A stretch of 64,000 nt of DNA, from assembly GCA_965216635.1 (NCBI GenBank), contig OZ244188.1, positions 1,088,001 through 1,152,000 on the forward strand, in the 5' to 3' direction. Below are positions 1 through 11,514 of this stretch, piece by piece. The position numbers and the translations under genes were made by a program. The notes under the pieces are model-generated. The model was not told where the DNA came from, ran no database searches, and saw only the letters and a list, made by a program, of their open reading frames with translations. Every line of letters begins with the position of its first letter. Within the stretch, counting starts at the first letter, position 1. The DNA is from a bacterium. GTDB taxonomy: Bacteria > SAR324 > XYD2-FULL-50-16 > G965216635.

Positions 1-114
1 GTGTGTTGAATTCTTATTTAATGGCGTAGAAAAAGTGCTTTTTCTATAGCCTGTATGGAAAGTAGTTGGTATAAGCCAGCTTTTCCTTGATTTTAAGGAT
101 AAAACTAAACTAAT

Positions 115-3100
115 CTATTGATTGTTGGTTGTGCTGGTTATGGCAGTAATAGTGCCATTGTCAGTGGAAGATTCAACATTGAGGTTTAACATACCATTTC
201 TAATAATAGCACCTGAATGATTGATAAAGGTATCCGCAGAAATATCTAAATTAGAATCATTGAGATCTATCAATCCGTAGTTAACCAGTCTGTCAGTAGC
301 TATAAAACTAGAATCCTCTGTAAGAGAAATATCTCCGCCATCATAAGTGCCTGTATAACTATCTATTTCTGTATTAAGGAAAAAAATATTTTTTGCAGTG
401 ATCTCGGAAGTATCTGCGTTAATATCTCCTCGGTTATAAAAATTATCTGCTGCTGTTATGTTGAAAGTATTTGCAGTAATATCTCCTCGGTTGGCAACAT
501 AAAATCCTGTCGTATCGTCTGTTCTGGATGAGTTATTATTTGCTGTAATATTCAAAGTTCCAGCAGTAATAGTAGCTATGTTTGTAACCTTACCTCCAGC
601 TGTGATATTTAAAGTATCTACGCTAATATCCCCGCCGCTTAAATTTCTAAAATAATCCGCTGCAATTATATCTAAGCTACCAGAAACAATGGATCCGTGG
701 TTTTGAACTGTATTTCCAGAGGTAATTTCAAAAGAGTTATTAGCAGTAATAGATCCGTGGTTGGCAAAGTTTCTTCCAGCATCAATATCCAAAGTAGAAG
801 TCGTAATGCTTCCCCCTGAAAAAACATCGTTTGCTGCTGTGATAGTCAAATAGGTGGCGGTAATATTTCCTGGATTATGAATGCTATCTGTATCAATAGT
901 CAAAGCATTAGTAGTAATAGTTCCAGCATTACGAATAAGACCCTCTGCTGTTATGTTGAAAGTATTTGCAGTAATATCTCCTCGGTTAGCAACATAAAAG
1001 CCTGTCGTATCGTCTGTTCTGGAGGAGTTATTATTTGCTGTAATATTCAAAGTTCCAGCAGTAATAGTAGCTATATTTGTCACCTTGCCTCCAGCTGTGA
1101 TATTTAAAGTATCTACGCTAATATCCCCGCCGCTTAAATTTCTAAAATAATCCGCTGCAATTATATCTAAGCTACCAGAAACAATGGATCCGTGGTTTTC
1201 AAATGTATTTCCAGAGGTAATTTCAAAAGAGTTATTAGCAGTAATAGATCCGTGGTTGGCAAAGTTCCTTCCAGCATCAATATTCAAAGTAGAAGTTGTA
1301 ATGCTTCCCTCTGAAAAAACATCGTTTGTTGCTGTGATAGTCAAAGAAGTATTAGCAGTAATATTTCCCGCATTATGAATGCTATCTGTATCAATAACTA
1401 AGGTATGAGTATCAATAGTTCCTTCATTGCGAATAAGAGCATCTGCTGTAACATTAAAGATATCAGCGTTAATCGTTGCGGAACTGTCATTGAAAAAGTT
1501 AGTTCCAGCTGTGACATTAAAGCTACCAGCATTAATTGTTGCGGAATTTTGATTGTAAAAGTCACTTCCTATTGTAGTATTAAAGCTATCTGCGCTAATC
1601 GTTGCCGAACTGTCATTGAAAAAGTTAGTTCCAGCTGTGACATTGAAGCTATCTGCGCTAATCGTTGCCGAATTTCTATTCCAAAAGGAATTTCCAGTTG
1701 TAACATTAAAAATATCAGCGTTAATCGTTGCGAAATATCTATTGTAAAAGGAATTTCCAATTGTAACATTAAAGCTATCTGTGTTAATCGTTGTGTAATT
1801 TTGATTGTAAAATCTATCTGCTGTAACATTAAAGCTATCTGCGTTAATCGTTGCTCTTTCATTATGAAATATATCTGTTATAACATTAAAGCTATCTGTG
1901 TTAATCGTTGCTCTTTGATTGTAAAAACTATTGAAATTGAATTGGGAACTTCCTATTGTAGCATTAAAGCTATCTGCGTTAATCGTTGCGACGTAATTGG
2001 AAAAGAGAAATCTAGCTGTGACATTAAAGCTACCTGCATTAATTGTTGCGTAATTTTGATTGTAAAATCTATCTGCTGTAACATTAAAGATATCTGCGTT
2101 AATCGTTGCATTATAATTATTAAAGCTATCTCTTATTGTAGCATTAAAGCTACCTGCATCAATTATTGCAGAATCGTAATTGAGAAAGTCAGTTCCAGAC
2201 AAGAAGAAGCTATCTGCGTTAATCGTTGCGGAATTTAGATTGCGAAAGTCGGTTCCAGTTGTGACATTCAAGTTATTTACGGTAAGGTCGGCTTGATTAG
2301 TAAAACCACCGTCTGTATCAATACCTAAATTATTGAAGGTTAAACCGCTAAAAGAGCTTCTGCTACGGGTAAAATCATTGGTGAGTATAAGGTTTAAAGT
2401 ATCTGCTGCAACAGTTGCATTATTTACAAAATCACTATCAAAATCTGTCACGGTAACCGTCAAGGCACCAGGCACAACAAGGTCAAAGTTATTTGTAAAA
2501 ACACCTTCTGTAGAAACTCCTAAATTATTGAAAGTAAAGCCATTAAAAGAATCGCTTGTATTGGTAAAATCATTAGCGAGTATAAGGTTTAAAGTATCTG
2601 CAGCAACAGTTGCACTATTGTTAATATCAGCAACAAAGTCCGTTACTTCAATCGTCAAGGTATCAGTGCTAATTGTTCCGCCGTTGGTAAAACTTTCTGC
2701 TGTAACAAAAGCATTTCCTAAAACAGTAAGATTATCATTTGTAGCCAATACAAAATCATTGACAGTTTCATAGTAAAAGTCACCTGCTGTGACATTAAAG
2801 CTATCTGCACTAATCGTTGCGGAACTTTGATTGCTAAATTTCGTTCCAGTTGTGACATTGAAGCTATCTGTACTAATCGTCGCGTAATTTTGATTGATAA
2901 AGTCACCTACAGCCGTAACATTAAAGCTATTTACGGTAAGATCGGCTTCATTAATAAATCTGCCTTGTGTATCAACCCCTAAATTATTGAAAGTAAAGCC
3001 ATTAAAAGAATCACTTGTATGGGTAAAATTATTGGTGAGTATAAAATTTAAAGTATCTGCTGAAACAGTTCCATTATTTTCAATATCAGCAACAAAGTCC

Positions 3101-5385
3101 GTTACTTCAATCGTCACATTATCTGCGTTAATTGTTGCGTAAATATGATTGCTAAAGCTACTAGCTATGACTTTGAAGCTATCCGCATCAATCGTTGCGT
3201 TGTAATTGGAAAAGGAAGTTCCAGTTGTAACATTGAAGCTATCCGCATCAATCGTTGCGGTGATATTCCAAAAGGAAGTTCCAGCTGTAACATTGAAGCT
3301 ATCCGCGTTAATCGTTGCGGAACTTTGATTGTAAAAGTCACCTCCTATTGTAGCATTAAAGCTACCTGCATCAATTATTGCAGAAGTTTGATTGATAAAG
3401 TCGGTTCCAGTTGTGACATTGAAGCTATTAGCAATAATATCTCCGTGGTTGGTAAAGTTTCTTCCAGTCTCAATATCCAAAGTAGAAGTTGTAATGCTTC
3501 CCTCTGAAAAAACATCGTTTGTTGCTTTGATATTCAAAAAAGTATTAGCAGTAATATTTCCCGCATTATGAAAGCTTTTTCTGGATTCAATCGTCAAGGT
3601 ATCGGTACTAATTGTTCCGCCGTTGGTAAAACTTTCTGCTGTAACAAAAGCATTTCCTAAAACAGTAAGATTATCATTTGTAGCCAATACAAAATCATTG
3701 ACAGTTTCATAGTAAAACTCACCTGCTGTGACATTAAAGCTATCTGCATTAATCGTTGCGGAACTTTGATTGGAAAACATATCTGCTGTAACATTAAAGC
3801 TATTAGCAATAATATCCCCGTGGTTGGCAAAGTTTCTTCCAGTCTCAATATCCAAAGTAGAAGTTGTAATGCTTCCCTCTGAAAAAACATCTTTTGTTGC
3901 TTTGATATTCAAAAAAGTATTAGCGGTAATATTTCCCGCATTATGAAAGCTTTTTCTGGATTCAATAGTTAAGGTATGAGTATCAATAGTTCCAGCATTG
4001 CGAATAAGACCCCCTGCTGTAACATTAAAACTACCTGCATTGATCGTTGCGGTGTTGCGATTGGAAAAACTATCTCTTATTGTAGCCTTAAAGCTACCTG
4101 CATTAATTGTTGCGTAATTATTGTGGAAGTCACCTTCTATTGTAGCATTAAAGCTATCAGCACTAATCGTTGATTTATAATTAGAAAAGTAATCTGCCGT
4201 AACATTAAAACTATCCGCGTTAATCGTTGCGGTGTTGCGATTGGAAAAACCATCGGAATTGAATTGGGAACTTATTATTGTAACATTAAAGCTACCCGCG
4301 TTAATCGTTGCGAAGTTGTCATTGTAAAAGGCAGCCCCTACTGTAGCATTAAAGCTATCAGCACTAATCGTTGCGTTATAATTATTAAAGCTACCTCCTA
4401 TTGTAGCATTAAAGCTACCTACATCAATTATTGAGAAACTTTGATTGCTAAATTTTGTTCCAGTTGTGACATTGAAGTTGTCCGCGTTAATCGTTGCGGA
4501 ACTTTTATTGGTAAAGCCTTTTCTAGCCGTAACATTAAAGCTATCCGCGCTAATTGTTGCATTATATCTGTTACGAAAGTCACCTCCTGCTGTGACAGTA
4601 AAATTACCCGCAATAATATTTCCACCATCGTATCCTACATCGTCTAATTTAAATCCATTGCGAAAATCATTCTCAACATCAAAAATAGCACTATCGGTAA
4701 TAGTAAAATCTGCTTGATTATAGAAATTTACCGCTGAAAAGAAAAGATTACGGCTTTCAATAGAAGCAGTCTCACCTAAACGAGCTTTTCCGCTCACTCG
4801 GATATTAAGATCACCAGAAATATCTATAGCCCCAGATTGAGTGTAATTACCTGATATTAGGTTTAATTCATTTAGTATAGCATCGCCCAAAAATCCGTCT
4901 CCGCTCACGGTAAGCTGAGATGCCGTGCTTTTACTATAATCAATAAAATTTTCTCCAAAAACATTGGCTGTGCCTGTGACTAGGTCTACCTTGCTAGCAT
5001 TGATAAAACCGCAACCATTACAGGTGATTCCATTAGGATTTGCTATAATTACTCCAGCTTCACTACCAAATATTTCTATTTTTCCGCCTAACTCACTAGC
5101 AGTGCTTCCTGTTACTTGGAATAGGATAAGTTCTGCTTCGCTACCTGCTGTAATGTTGGGATTGGCGCTGACTGCTGTAGAGCCTAGCTGGGCTGTGCCT
5201 CCAGCTGCGCTATTGTTTAAAATAGCTCCATCTGCATTAACATCAAAATCGGTCACTTGATTGTTAGAAAGCCCGTTTGCATAGGGTGTTGCTATATCAA
5301 TTGTTGCTTGAGCAAAAACAACATTGCTTTTAATAAAGGGGATACTCAGAGCAAAAAGCAACAAGAAAGGTAGTAATCTTTTCAT
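115..5385 (-). CDS. Filamentous haemagglutinin-like TpsA exoprotein/adhesin (1756 aa), copy B'
   Basis: Signal peptide (..VVFA|Q), TPS haemagglutination domain (ILNNS, NPNI, IIANPNGITCNGCGFINAS), long beta-helix repeats FxNxxATINADSFNVT. Confidence 0.9.
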   Translation of the reverse strand: MKRLLPFLLLFALSIPFIKSNVVFAQATIDIATPYANGLSNNQVTDFDVNADGAILNNSAAGGTAQLGSTAVSANPNITAGSEAELILFQVTGSTASELGGKIEIFGSEAGVIIANPNGITCNGCGFINASKVDLVTGTANVFGENFIDYSKSTASQLTVSGDGFLGDAILNELNLISGNYTQSGAIDISGDLNIRVSGKARLGETASIESRNLFFSAVNFYNQADFTITDSAIFDVENDFRNGFKLDDVGYDGGNIIAGNFTVTAGGDFRNRYNATISADSFNVTARKGFTNKSSATINADNFNVTTGTKFSNQSFSIIDVGSFNATIGGSFNNYNATISADSFNATVGAAFYNDNFATINAGSFNVTIISSQFNSDGFSNRNTATINADSFNVTADYFSNYKSTISADSFNATIEGDFHNNYATINAGSFKATIRDSFSNRNTATINAGSFNVTAGGLIRNAGTIDTHTLTIESRKSFHNAGNITANTFLNIKATKDVFSEGSITTSTLDIETGRNFANHGDIIANSFNVTADMFSNQSSATINADSFNVTAGEFYYETVNDFVLATNDNLTVLGNAFVTAESFTNGGTISTDTLTIESRKSFHNAGNITANTFLNIKATNDVFSEGSITTSTLDIETGRNFTNHGDIIANSFNVTTGTDFINQTSAIIDAGSFNATIGGDFYNQSSATINADSFNVTAGTSFWNITATIDADSFNVTTGTSFSNYNATIDADSFKVIASSFSNHIYATINADNVTIEVTDFVADIENNGTVSADTLNFILTNNFTHTSDSFNGFTFNNLGVDTQGRFINEADLTVNSFNVTAVGDFINQNYATISTDSFNVTTGTKFSNQSSATISADSFNVTAGDFYYETVNDFVLATNDNLTVLGNAFVTAESFTNGGTISTDTLTIEVTDFVADINNSATVAADTLNLILANDFTNTSDSFNGFTFNNLGVSTEGVFTNNFDLVVPGALTVTVTDFDSDFVNNATVAADTLNLILTNDFTRSRSSFSGLTFNNLGIDTDGGFTNQADLTVNNLNVTTGTDFRNLNSATINADSFFLSGTDFLNYDSAIIDAGSFNATIRDSFNNYNATINADIFNVTADRFYNQNYATINAGSFNVTARFLFSNYVATINADSFNATIGSSQFNFNSFYNQRATINTDSFNVITDIFHNERATINADSFNVTADRFYNQNYTTINTDSFNVTIGNSFYNRYFATINADIFNVTTGNSFWNRNSATISADSFNVTAGTNFFNDSSATISADSFNTTIGSDFYNQNSATINAGSFNVTAGTNFFNDSSATINADIFNVTADALIRNEGTIDTHTLVIDTDSIHNAGNITANTSLTITATNDVFSEGSITTSTLNIDAGRNFANHGSITANNSFEITSGNTFENHGSIVSGSLDIIAADYFRNLSGGDISVDTLNITAGGKVTNIATITAGTLNITANNNSSRTDDTTGFYVANRGDITANTFNITAEGLIRNAGTITTNALTIDTDSIHNPGNITATYLTITAANDVFSGGSITTSTLDIDAGRNFANHGSITANNSFEITSGNTVQNHGSIVSGSLDIIAADYFRNLSGGDISVDTLNITAGGKVTNIATITAGTLNITANNNSSRTDDTTGFYVANRGDITANTFNITAADNFYNRGDINADTSEITAKNIFFLNTEIDSYTGTYDGGDISLTEDSSFIATDRLVNYGLIDLNDSNLDISADTFINHSGAIIRNGMLNLNVESSTDNGTITAITSTTNNQ
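451..1440. repeat. Intragenic 495-bp (165-aa) tandem duplication near the C-terminus of the first TpsA
   Basis: tgctgttatgttgaaagtatttgcagtaatatctcc at 451 and 946; block HGSIVSGSLDIIAADYFRNL..RGDITANTFNITA occurs twice in this protein and once in the other three. Confidence 0.85.
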
Positions 5386-5420
5386 AATTACACGAATAGG
5401 AAGGATAAAACTAAACTAAT

Positions 5421-8400
5421 CTATTGATTGTTGGTTGTGTTGGTTGTGGCAGTAATAGTGCCATTGGCAGTGGAATATTCAACATTGAGATTTAACATAC
5501 CATTTCTAATAATAGCACCTGAATGATTGATAAATGTCTCCGCTGTAATATCTAAATTAGAATCATTGAGATCTATCAATCCGTAGTTTTCTATTCTACC
5601 AGTTGTTGTAAAACTAGAATCGCCTGTAAGATAAACATCCCCACCATCATAATTAGCCACTGTATCTGTATTAAAGAAAAAAATATTTTTTGCAGTGATA
5701 TTGAAAGTATCTGCGGTAATATCTCCTCTATTATAAAAATTATCTGCTGCTATTATGTTGAAAGTATTTGCAGTAATATCTCCTCGGTTAGCAACATAAA
5801 AGCCTGTCGTATCGTCTGTTCTGGAGGAGTTATTTTTTGCTGTAATATTCAAAGTTCCAGCAGTAATCGTAGCTATGTTTGTAACCTTACCTCCAGCTGT
5901 GATATTTAAAGTATCTGCACTAATATCCCCTCCGCTTAAGTTTCTAAAATAATCCGCTGCAATTATATCTAAGCTACCAGAAACAATGGATCCGTGGTTT
6001 TGAACTGTATTTCCAGAGGTAATTTCAAAAGAATTATTAGCAATAATATCTCCGTGGTTGGCAAAGTTTCTTCCAGCATCAATATTCAAAGTAGAAGTCG
6101 TAATGCTTCCCCCTGAAAAAACATCGTTTGCTGCTGTGATAGTCAAATAGGTATTAGCGGTAATATTTCCTGGATTATGAATGCTATCTGTATCAATAGT
6201 CAAAGCATTAGTAGTAATAGTTCCAGCATTGCGAATAAGACCCCCTGCTGTTATGTTGAAAGTATCTGCAATAATCGTTGCGGCGTTGAAGTTGTAAAAA
6301 AGACCTTCTATTGTAACATTAAAGCTATCAGCACTAATCGTTGCTTCGTTGTGAAATTCATCTGTTTTAACACTAAAGTTATCAGCGATAATCGTTGCAG
6401 AATCTATATTCCCAAAGATCCAGCCACTTCCTGTTGTGACATTAAAGCTACCTACATTAATCCTTGAGTTTTTTTGATTAATAAAGGCATTTCCAGTGGT
6501 GACATTAAAGCTATCTGCATTAATTGTTGCGGAACTTTGATTGTAAAAGTCATCTATTGTAGCATTAAAGCTATCAGCACTAATCGTTGCATTATCATTA
6601 TTAAAGCTACCTCCTATTGTAGCATTAAAGCTACCTGCATCCAGCATTGCAGAAGTTAGATTGCTAAAGCTAGTTCTAGCTGTAACATTAAAGCTATCTG
6701 CGTTAATCATTGCGGAACTTTGATTGGAAAATCTATCTGCTGTAACATTAAAGCTATTAGCAATAATATCTCCGTGGTTGGCAAAGTTTCTTCCAGTCTC
6801 AATATCCAAAGTAGAAGTCGTAATGCTTCCCCCTGAAAAAACATCATTTGCTGCTGTGATAGTCAAATAGGTATTAGCGGTAATATTTCCTGGATTATGA
6901 ATGCTATCTGCATCAATAGTCAAAGCATTAGTAGTAATAGTTCCAGAATTACGAATAAGACCCTCTGCTGTAACATTAAAACTATCCGCATTAATTGTTG
7001 CGGAATTATTGTAAAAGTCACTTCCTATTGTAGCATTAAAGCTATCAGCACTAATCGTTGCGGTGTAATTGGAAAAGTGAGTTCCAGTTGTAACATTGAA
7101 GCTACCTGCATTAATCGTTGCGGAACTTTGATTGATAAAGTCGGTTCCAGTTGTGACATTGAAGCTATTTGCGTTAATCGTTGCGGAATTTTGATTGATA
7201 AAGTCGGTTCCAGTTGTGACATTGAAGTTATTTACGGTAAGGTCGGCTTGATTAGCAAAACCACCGTCTGTATCAATACCTAAATTATTGAAGGTAAAGC
7301 CATTAAAAGAAGTGCTTGTATTAGTAAAATCATTGGCGAGTATAAAATTTAAAGTATCTGCTGAAACAGTTCCATCATTTTCAATATCAGCAGCAAAATC
7401 CGTTACTTCAATCGTTACATTATCTGCGTTAATCGTTCCGTAAATATGATTGCGAAAGCTACTAGCTATGACTTTGAAGCTATCTGCGTTAATCGTTGCG
7501 ATATAATTGACAAAGTTAGTTCCAGTTGTAACATTGAAGCTATCCGCACTAATCGTTGCGTTGTTATTGGAAAAGTGAGTTCCAGTTGTAATATTGAAGC
7601 TATCCGCACTAATCGTTGCGTTGTTATTGGAAAAGTGAGTTCCAGTTGTAATATTGAAGCTATCCGCACTAATCGTTGCGTTGTTATTGGAAAAGTGAGT
7701 TCCAGTTGTAACATTGAAGCTATCCGCGTCAATCGTTGCGTTGGTATTCCAAAAGGAATTTCCAGTTGTAACATTAAAACTATCCGCATTAATCGTTACG
7801 GAATTATTGTAAAAGTTGCTTCCTATTGTAGCATTAAAGCTATCTGCGTTAATCGTTGCTCTGTAATTGTTAAAGTAAGTTCCAGTTGTGACATTGAAGC
7901 TATCTACAACAAGGTCAGCTTCATTAGTAAAACTACCTTCTGTATCAACTCCTAAATTATTGAAGGTAAAACCATTAAAAGAAGTGCTGCTATGGGTAAA
8001 ATCATTGGTGAGTATAAAATTTAAAGTATCTGTAGAAACAGTTGCAAAATTGGTAATATCATCAACAAAGTCCGTTACTTCAATTGTCATGCTATCTGCG
8101 TTAATCGTTGCAGAAGTGTTGTTTTTAAAACTTTCTGCTGTAACATTTAAGTTGCCTACATTAATAGTTCCGTAGTTGTCAAAGTTATCTGCGACAACAG
8201 AAGCAGTTCCAGCTACAACTAAACTATCATTTACACCCCAAGTAAAATCGTTAGCCGCATCGTTGTTGCTAAAATCACCGTCTACATTGAGATTGAAACT
8301 GTTAGTATTAATAGTTCCTTTATCAGTATAATCAAGATCGCCCGCTACAGAAAGCTTGAAAGTATCTGCACTAGCCGATCCAATATTCGTAAAACTACCA

Positions 8401-11180
8401 GCTGCGCCAGTCAATGTGATATTCAAAACGGTAGCAACATTAATAACGCTATCAGAACTTTTAACATTTTTTATATTACTAAAGGATTCGTTTGCTGTAA
8501 CATTAAAAGTATTAGCATTAATTATTGAACCACTATTATTGATGAAGCTATTTGCAATGACGTCAAAGCTACCCGCATTAACGCTAGAGGAACTGTTGTT
8601 AGAAAATTTATCTCCAGCCGTAACATTAAAGCTATCTGCATTAACGCTAGAGGAATTGCTGTTGTAAAAGTCATCTCCTGCTGTAACAGTAAAGCTATCC
8701 GCACTAATGCTAGAGAAATTTTGATTATAAAAATTTCTTTTTGCTGTGATATGAAAGCCTTTAGCACTAATACTAGAGAAATTTTGATTGATAAAATTAT
8801 CTGCCGTAATACTCAAGGTATCAAGGACAACAATGTCCAATTTATTCATAAAATCACCGTTGGTAGTAATACCTAAATTATTAAAAGTAAAACCATCAAA
8901 AGAATCACTGTTATAAGTGAAACCATTGGTGAGTATGAAATTTAAATTATTTGAATCAACAGTTGCAGTATTGGTAATATTATTATCAAAGTCTGTCACT
9001 TTAACCGTCAAGGTGTCAGCATTGATAGTGCTTCTATTGATAAAATCATCTATTGCTGCAACACTAAAACTACCTGCGTTAATCGTTGCAGAGTATCCGT
9101 TGAAAAAGTCATCTGCTGCTGTAACACTAAAACTACCTGCATTAATCGTTGCGTAGTATCCGTTGAAGAAGTCTTCTCCTATTACTATAACATTAAAGCT
9201 ATCAGCACTAATCGTTGCGCGGCTCTCGTTGTTAAAGCTACCTCTTACTGTGACATTAAAACTATCAACACTAATCGTTGCGTTAGCATATTGGTTGATA
9301 AAGTCATCTGATGCTGTAACATTAAAGCTATCAGCATTAATCGTTGCGTTACTATTGTAGACACCTCCTGCTATAACATTAAAGCTATCAGCATTAATCG
9401 TTGCGTTATATATGTTGATAAAGTCACCGGTCGCTATTGTTGCAACATTAAAGCTATCAACATTAATCGTTGCGTTATATATGTTGATAAAGTCGCCTGT
9501 CGCTATTGTTGTAACATTAAAGTTATCAGCATTAATCGTTGCGTTAGCATATTGGTTGATAAAGTCACCTGTTGTTGTGACATTAAAGTTAACAGTAATA
9601 ATCGTTGCTTCGTTGTGAAATTCATCTGTTTTAACACTAAAGTTATCAGCGATAATCGTTGCAGAATCTCTATTCCCAAAGATCCAGCCACTTCCTGTTG
9701 TAACATTAAAGCTACCTACATTAATCCTTGAGTTTTCTAGATTAACAAAGGCACCTCCGGTGGTGACATTAAAGCTATCTGCAACAATGTCGGATTCATT
9801 TATAAAATGACCGTCTGTAGAAACTCCCAAATTATTAAAAGTAAAACCATCCAAAGAATCACTGCTATGAGTAAAACTATTGGTGAGTATAAGGTTTAAA
9901 GTATCTGAAACAACAGTTCCAGTATTGTTAATATCAATAGAAAAATCTATCACCTCAATCGTCAAGGTATCAGCATTAATCGTTGCTTCGTTGTGAAATT
10001 CATCTGTTTTAACACTAAAGTTATCAGCGATAATCGTTGCAGAATCTCTATTCCCAAAGATATAGCCACTTCCTGTTGTAACATTAAAGCTACCTACATT
10101 AATCCTTGAGTTTTTTTGATTAATAAAGGCATTTCCAGCGGTGACATTAAAGCTATCTGTGTTAATCGTTGCGGAATTATAATTGACAAAGCTATTTCCA
10201 GCTGTAACATTAAAGCTATCAGGAGCGTTTATCAATGAGGAAACTTGATTGTAAAAGTCAGTTCCAGTTGTGACATTGAAGCTATCCGCGTTAATCGTTG
10301 CGAATATTTGATTGGTAAAGTTAGTTCCAGTTATGGCATCAAGGCTACCAACGTTAATCGTTGCGGAACTGTGATTTAGGAAATAGCCCCCTGAATCTAT
10401 CCTTAGTGTATCAGCAGATATGTTTCCTCCATCATTGTAAATACCATAAGAAGTTTCTGCGCTTAGTAGTTCAATGGAGTTTGCTTCTAGGTTGCTATTA
10501 GATGCTAAATCTATTGGTTTAGTGCTGAGATTTAAAAGAGAACTAGAAGTAATAGTATTCGTTGTGTGGTTGTAGGTACCATTTCCAGCTAAAACTCTTA
10601 AAGTATTGTTCGCTTTGACTTGTCCGCCAATTTCGTGATAACGGGATGCCAGGTTTAACTCATCTGTTACAGCATCGTTGACAAATCCTATTCCTCCCAC
10701 ACGGAGCAATGCTGCAGGGTTTATACTAAAACCATTCAAAGTATTCCCTGAAATATTGGCTGTGCCTGTAACTAGATCTACCTTGCTAGCATTGATAAAA
10801 CCGCAACCAACACAGTCAATTCCATTAGGATTTGCTATAATTACTCCAGCTTTACTACCAAATATTTCTATTTTTCCGCCTAACTGACTAGTATTGCTTC
10901 CTGTTACTTGGAATAGTATGAGTTCTGCTTCTCTACCTGCTGTAATATTGGGATTGGCGCTTACTGCTGTAGAGCCTAGCTGGGCTCTGCCTCTAGCTGC
11001 GCTATTGTTTAAAATAGTTCCATTTGCATTAACATCAAAATCGGTCACTTGATTGTTAGAAAGCCCGTTTGCATAGGGTCTTACTATAGTATGGGTTGTT
11101 GTTTGAGCAAAAACAACATTGCTTTTAATAAAGGGGATACTCAAAACAAACAACAGTAATAAGGGTAGTAATTTTTTCAT
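5421..11180 (-). CDS. Filamentous haemagglutinin-like TpsA exoprotein (1919 aa), copy A'
   Basis: Signal peptide, IIANPNGIDCVGCGFINAS TPS domain, same repeat modules and conserved C-terminus ..TTNNQ. Confidence 0.9.
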   Translation of the reverse strand: MKKLLPLLLLFVLSIPFIKSNVVFAQTTTHTIVRPYANGLSNNQVTDFDVNANGTILNNSAARGRAQLGSTAVSANPNITAGREAELILFQVTGSNTSQLGGKIEIFGSKAGVIIANPNGIDCVGCGFINASKVDLVTGTANISGNTLNGFSINPAALLRVGGIGFVNDAVTDELNLASRYHEIGGQVKANNTLRVLAGNGTYNHTTNTITSSSLLNLSTKPIDLASNSNLEANSIELLSAETSYGIYNDGGNISADTLRIDSGGYFLNHSSATINVGSLDAITGTNFTNQIFATINADSFNVTTGTDFYNQVSSLINAPDSFNVTAGNSFVNYNSATINTDSFNVTAGNAFINQKNSRINVGSFNVTTGSGYIFGNRDSATIIADNFSVKTDEFHNEATINADTLTIEVIDFSIDINNTGTVVSDTLNLILTNSFTHSSDSLDGFTFNNLGVSTDGHFINESDIVADSFNVTTGGAFVNLENSRINVGSFNVTTGSGWIFGNRDSATIIADNFSVKTDEFHNEATIITVNFNVTTTGDFINQYANATINADNFNVTTIATGDFINIYNATINVDSFNVATIATGDFINIYNATINADSFNVIAGGVYNSNATINADSFNVTASDDFINQYANATISVDSFNVTVRGSFNNESRATISADSFNVIVIGEDFFNGYYATINAGSFSVTAADDFFNGYSATINAGSFSVAAIDDFINRSTINADTLTVKVTDFDNNITNTATVDSNNLNFILTNGFTYNSDSFDGFTFNNLGITTNGDFMNKLDIVVLDTLSITADNFINQNFSSISAKGFHITAKRNFYNQNFSSISADSFTVTAGDDFYNSNSSSVNADSFNVTAGDKFSNNSSSSVNAGSFDVIANSFINNSGSIINANTFNVTANESFSNIKNVKSSDSVINVATVLNITLTGAAGSFTNIGSASADTFKLSVAGDLDYTDKGTINTNSFNLNVDGDFSNNDAANDFTWGVNDSLVVAGTASVVADNFDNYGTINVGNLNVTAESFKNNTSATINADSMTIEVTDFVDDITNFATVSTDTLNFILTNDFTHSSTSFNGFTFNNLGVDTEGSFTNEADLVVDSFNVTTGTYFNNYRATINADSFNATIGSNFYNNSVTINADSFNVTTGNSFWNTNATIDADSFNVTTGTHFSNNNATISADSFNITTGTHFSNNNATISADSFNITTGTHFSNNNATISADSFNVTTGTNFVNYIATINADSFKVIASSFRNHIYGTINADNVTIEVTDFAADIENDGTVSADTLNFILANDFTNTSTSFNGFTFNNLGIDTDGGFANQADLTVNNFNVTTGTDFINQNSATINANSFNVTTGTDFINQSSATINAGSFNVTTGTHFSNYTATISADSFNATIGSDFYNNSATINADSFNVTAEGLIRNSGTITTNALTIDADSIHNPGNITANTYLTITAANDVFSGGSITTSTLDIETGRNFANHGDIIANSFNVTADRFSNQSSAMINADSFNVTARTSFSNLTSAMLDAGSFNATIGGSFNNDNATISADSFNATIDDFYNQSSATINADSFNVTTGNAFINQKNSRINVGSFNVTTGSGWIFGNIDSATIIADNFSVKTDEFHNEATISADSFNVTIEGLFYNFNAATIIADTFNITAGGLIRNAGTITTNALTIDTDSIHNPGNITANTYLTITAANDVFSGGSITTSTLNIDAGRNFANHGDIIANNSFEITSGNTVQNHGSIVSGSLDIIAADYFRNLSGGDISADTLNITAGGKVTNIATITAGTLNITAKNNSSRTDDTTGFYVANRGDITANTFNIIAADNFYNRGDITADTFNITAKNIFFFNTDTVANYDGGDVYLTGDSSFTTTGRIENYGLIDLNDSNLDITAETFINHSGAIIRNGMLNLNVEYSTANGTITATTNTTNNQ
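7514..7741. repeat. 60-bp in-frame tandem repeat (TTGTHFSNNNATISADSFNI), about 3-4 copies
   Basis: Lines 7561 and 7621 are identical and line 7681 nearly so, at 60-bp period. Confidence 0.9.
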
Positions 11181-11209
11181 GGTTTTATAATGGTTGATTT
11201 TTAATAATA

Positions 11210-11286
11210 TAGACTTTTGAATTTGCCAAATAGGACAAAACTAGCTGTTTAGCCTTGCCGTCGCATCAGCAAAATTCAAAAGTCTA
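11210..11286. mobile_element. MITE-like palindromic element (77 bp), TAATA target duplication
   Basis: TIR tagacttttgaattt...aaattcaaaagtcta; taata on both sides; absent at the homologous site upstream of 20760. Confidence 0.85.
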
Positions 11287-11310
11287 TAATAAAAAAAAGT
11301 AAGTTTGTAT

Positions 11311-11339
11311 AGTTTAACAAAAACTAATTTATTTGTCAA
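11311..11339 (-). promoter_or_regulatory. Sigma70-type promoter for the 11180/5385 TpsA pair
   Basis: Minus strand TTGACA-17 nt-TAAACT with extended -10 TG. Confidence 0.6.
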
Positions 11340-11514
11340 GTATAAAACATCATTTTTAGCAAAAAAACTTTTTATGAGTAGATAAAACATAGCTTTAAGC
11401 AGAAAAGTTTTTTTAAAATAAATTTATTGTTACGTAAAAAATACAAATTTTAGCAAAAAAAACTTCTGAATCAAGTATAAAATACAATTTTTAGTGAAAA
11501 AAAAATTTTATAGC

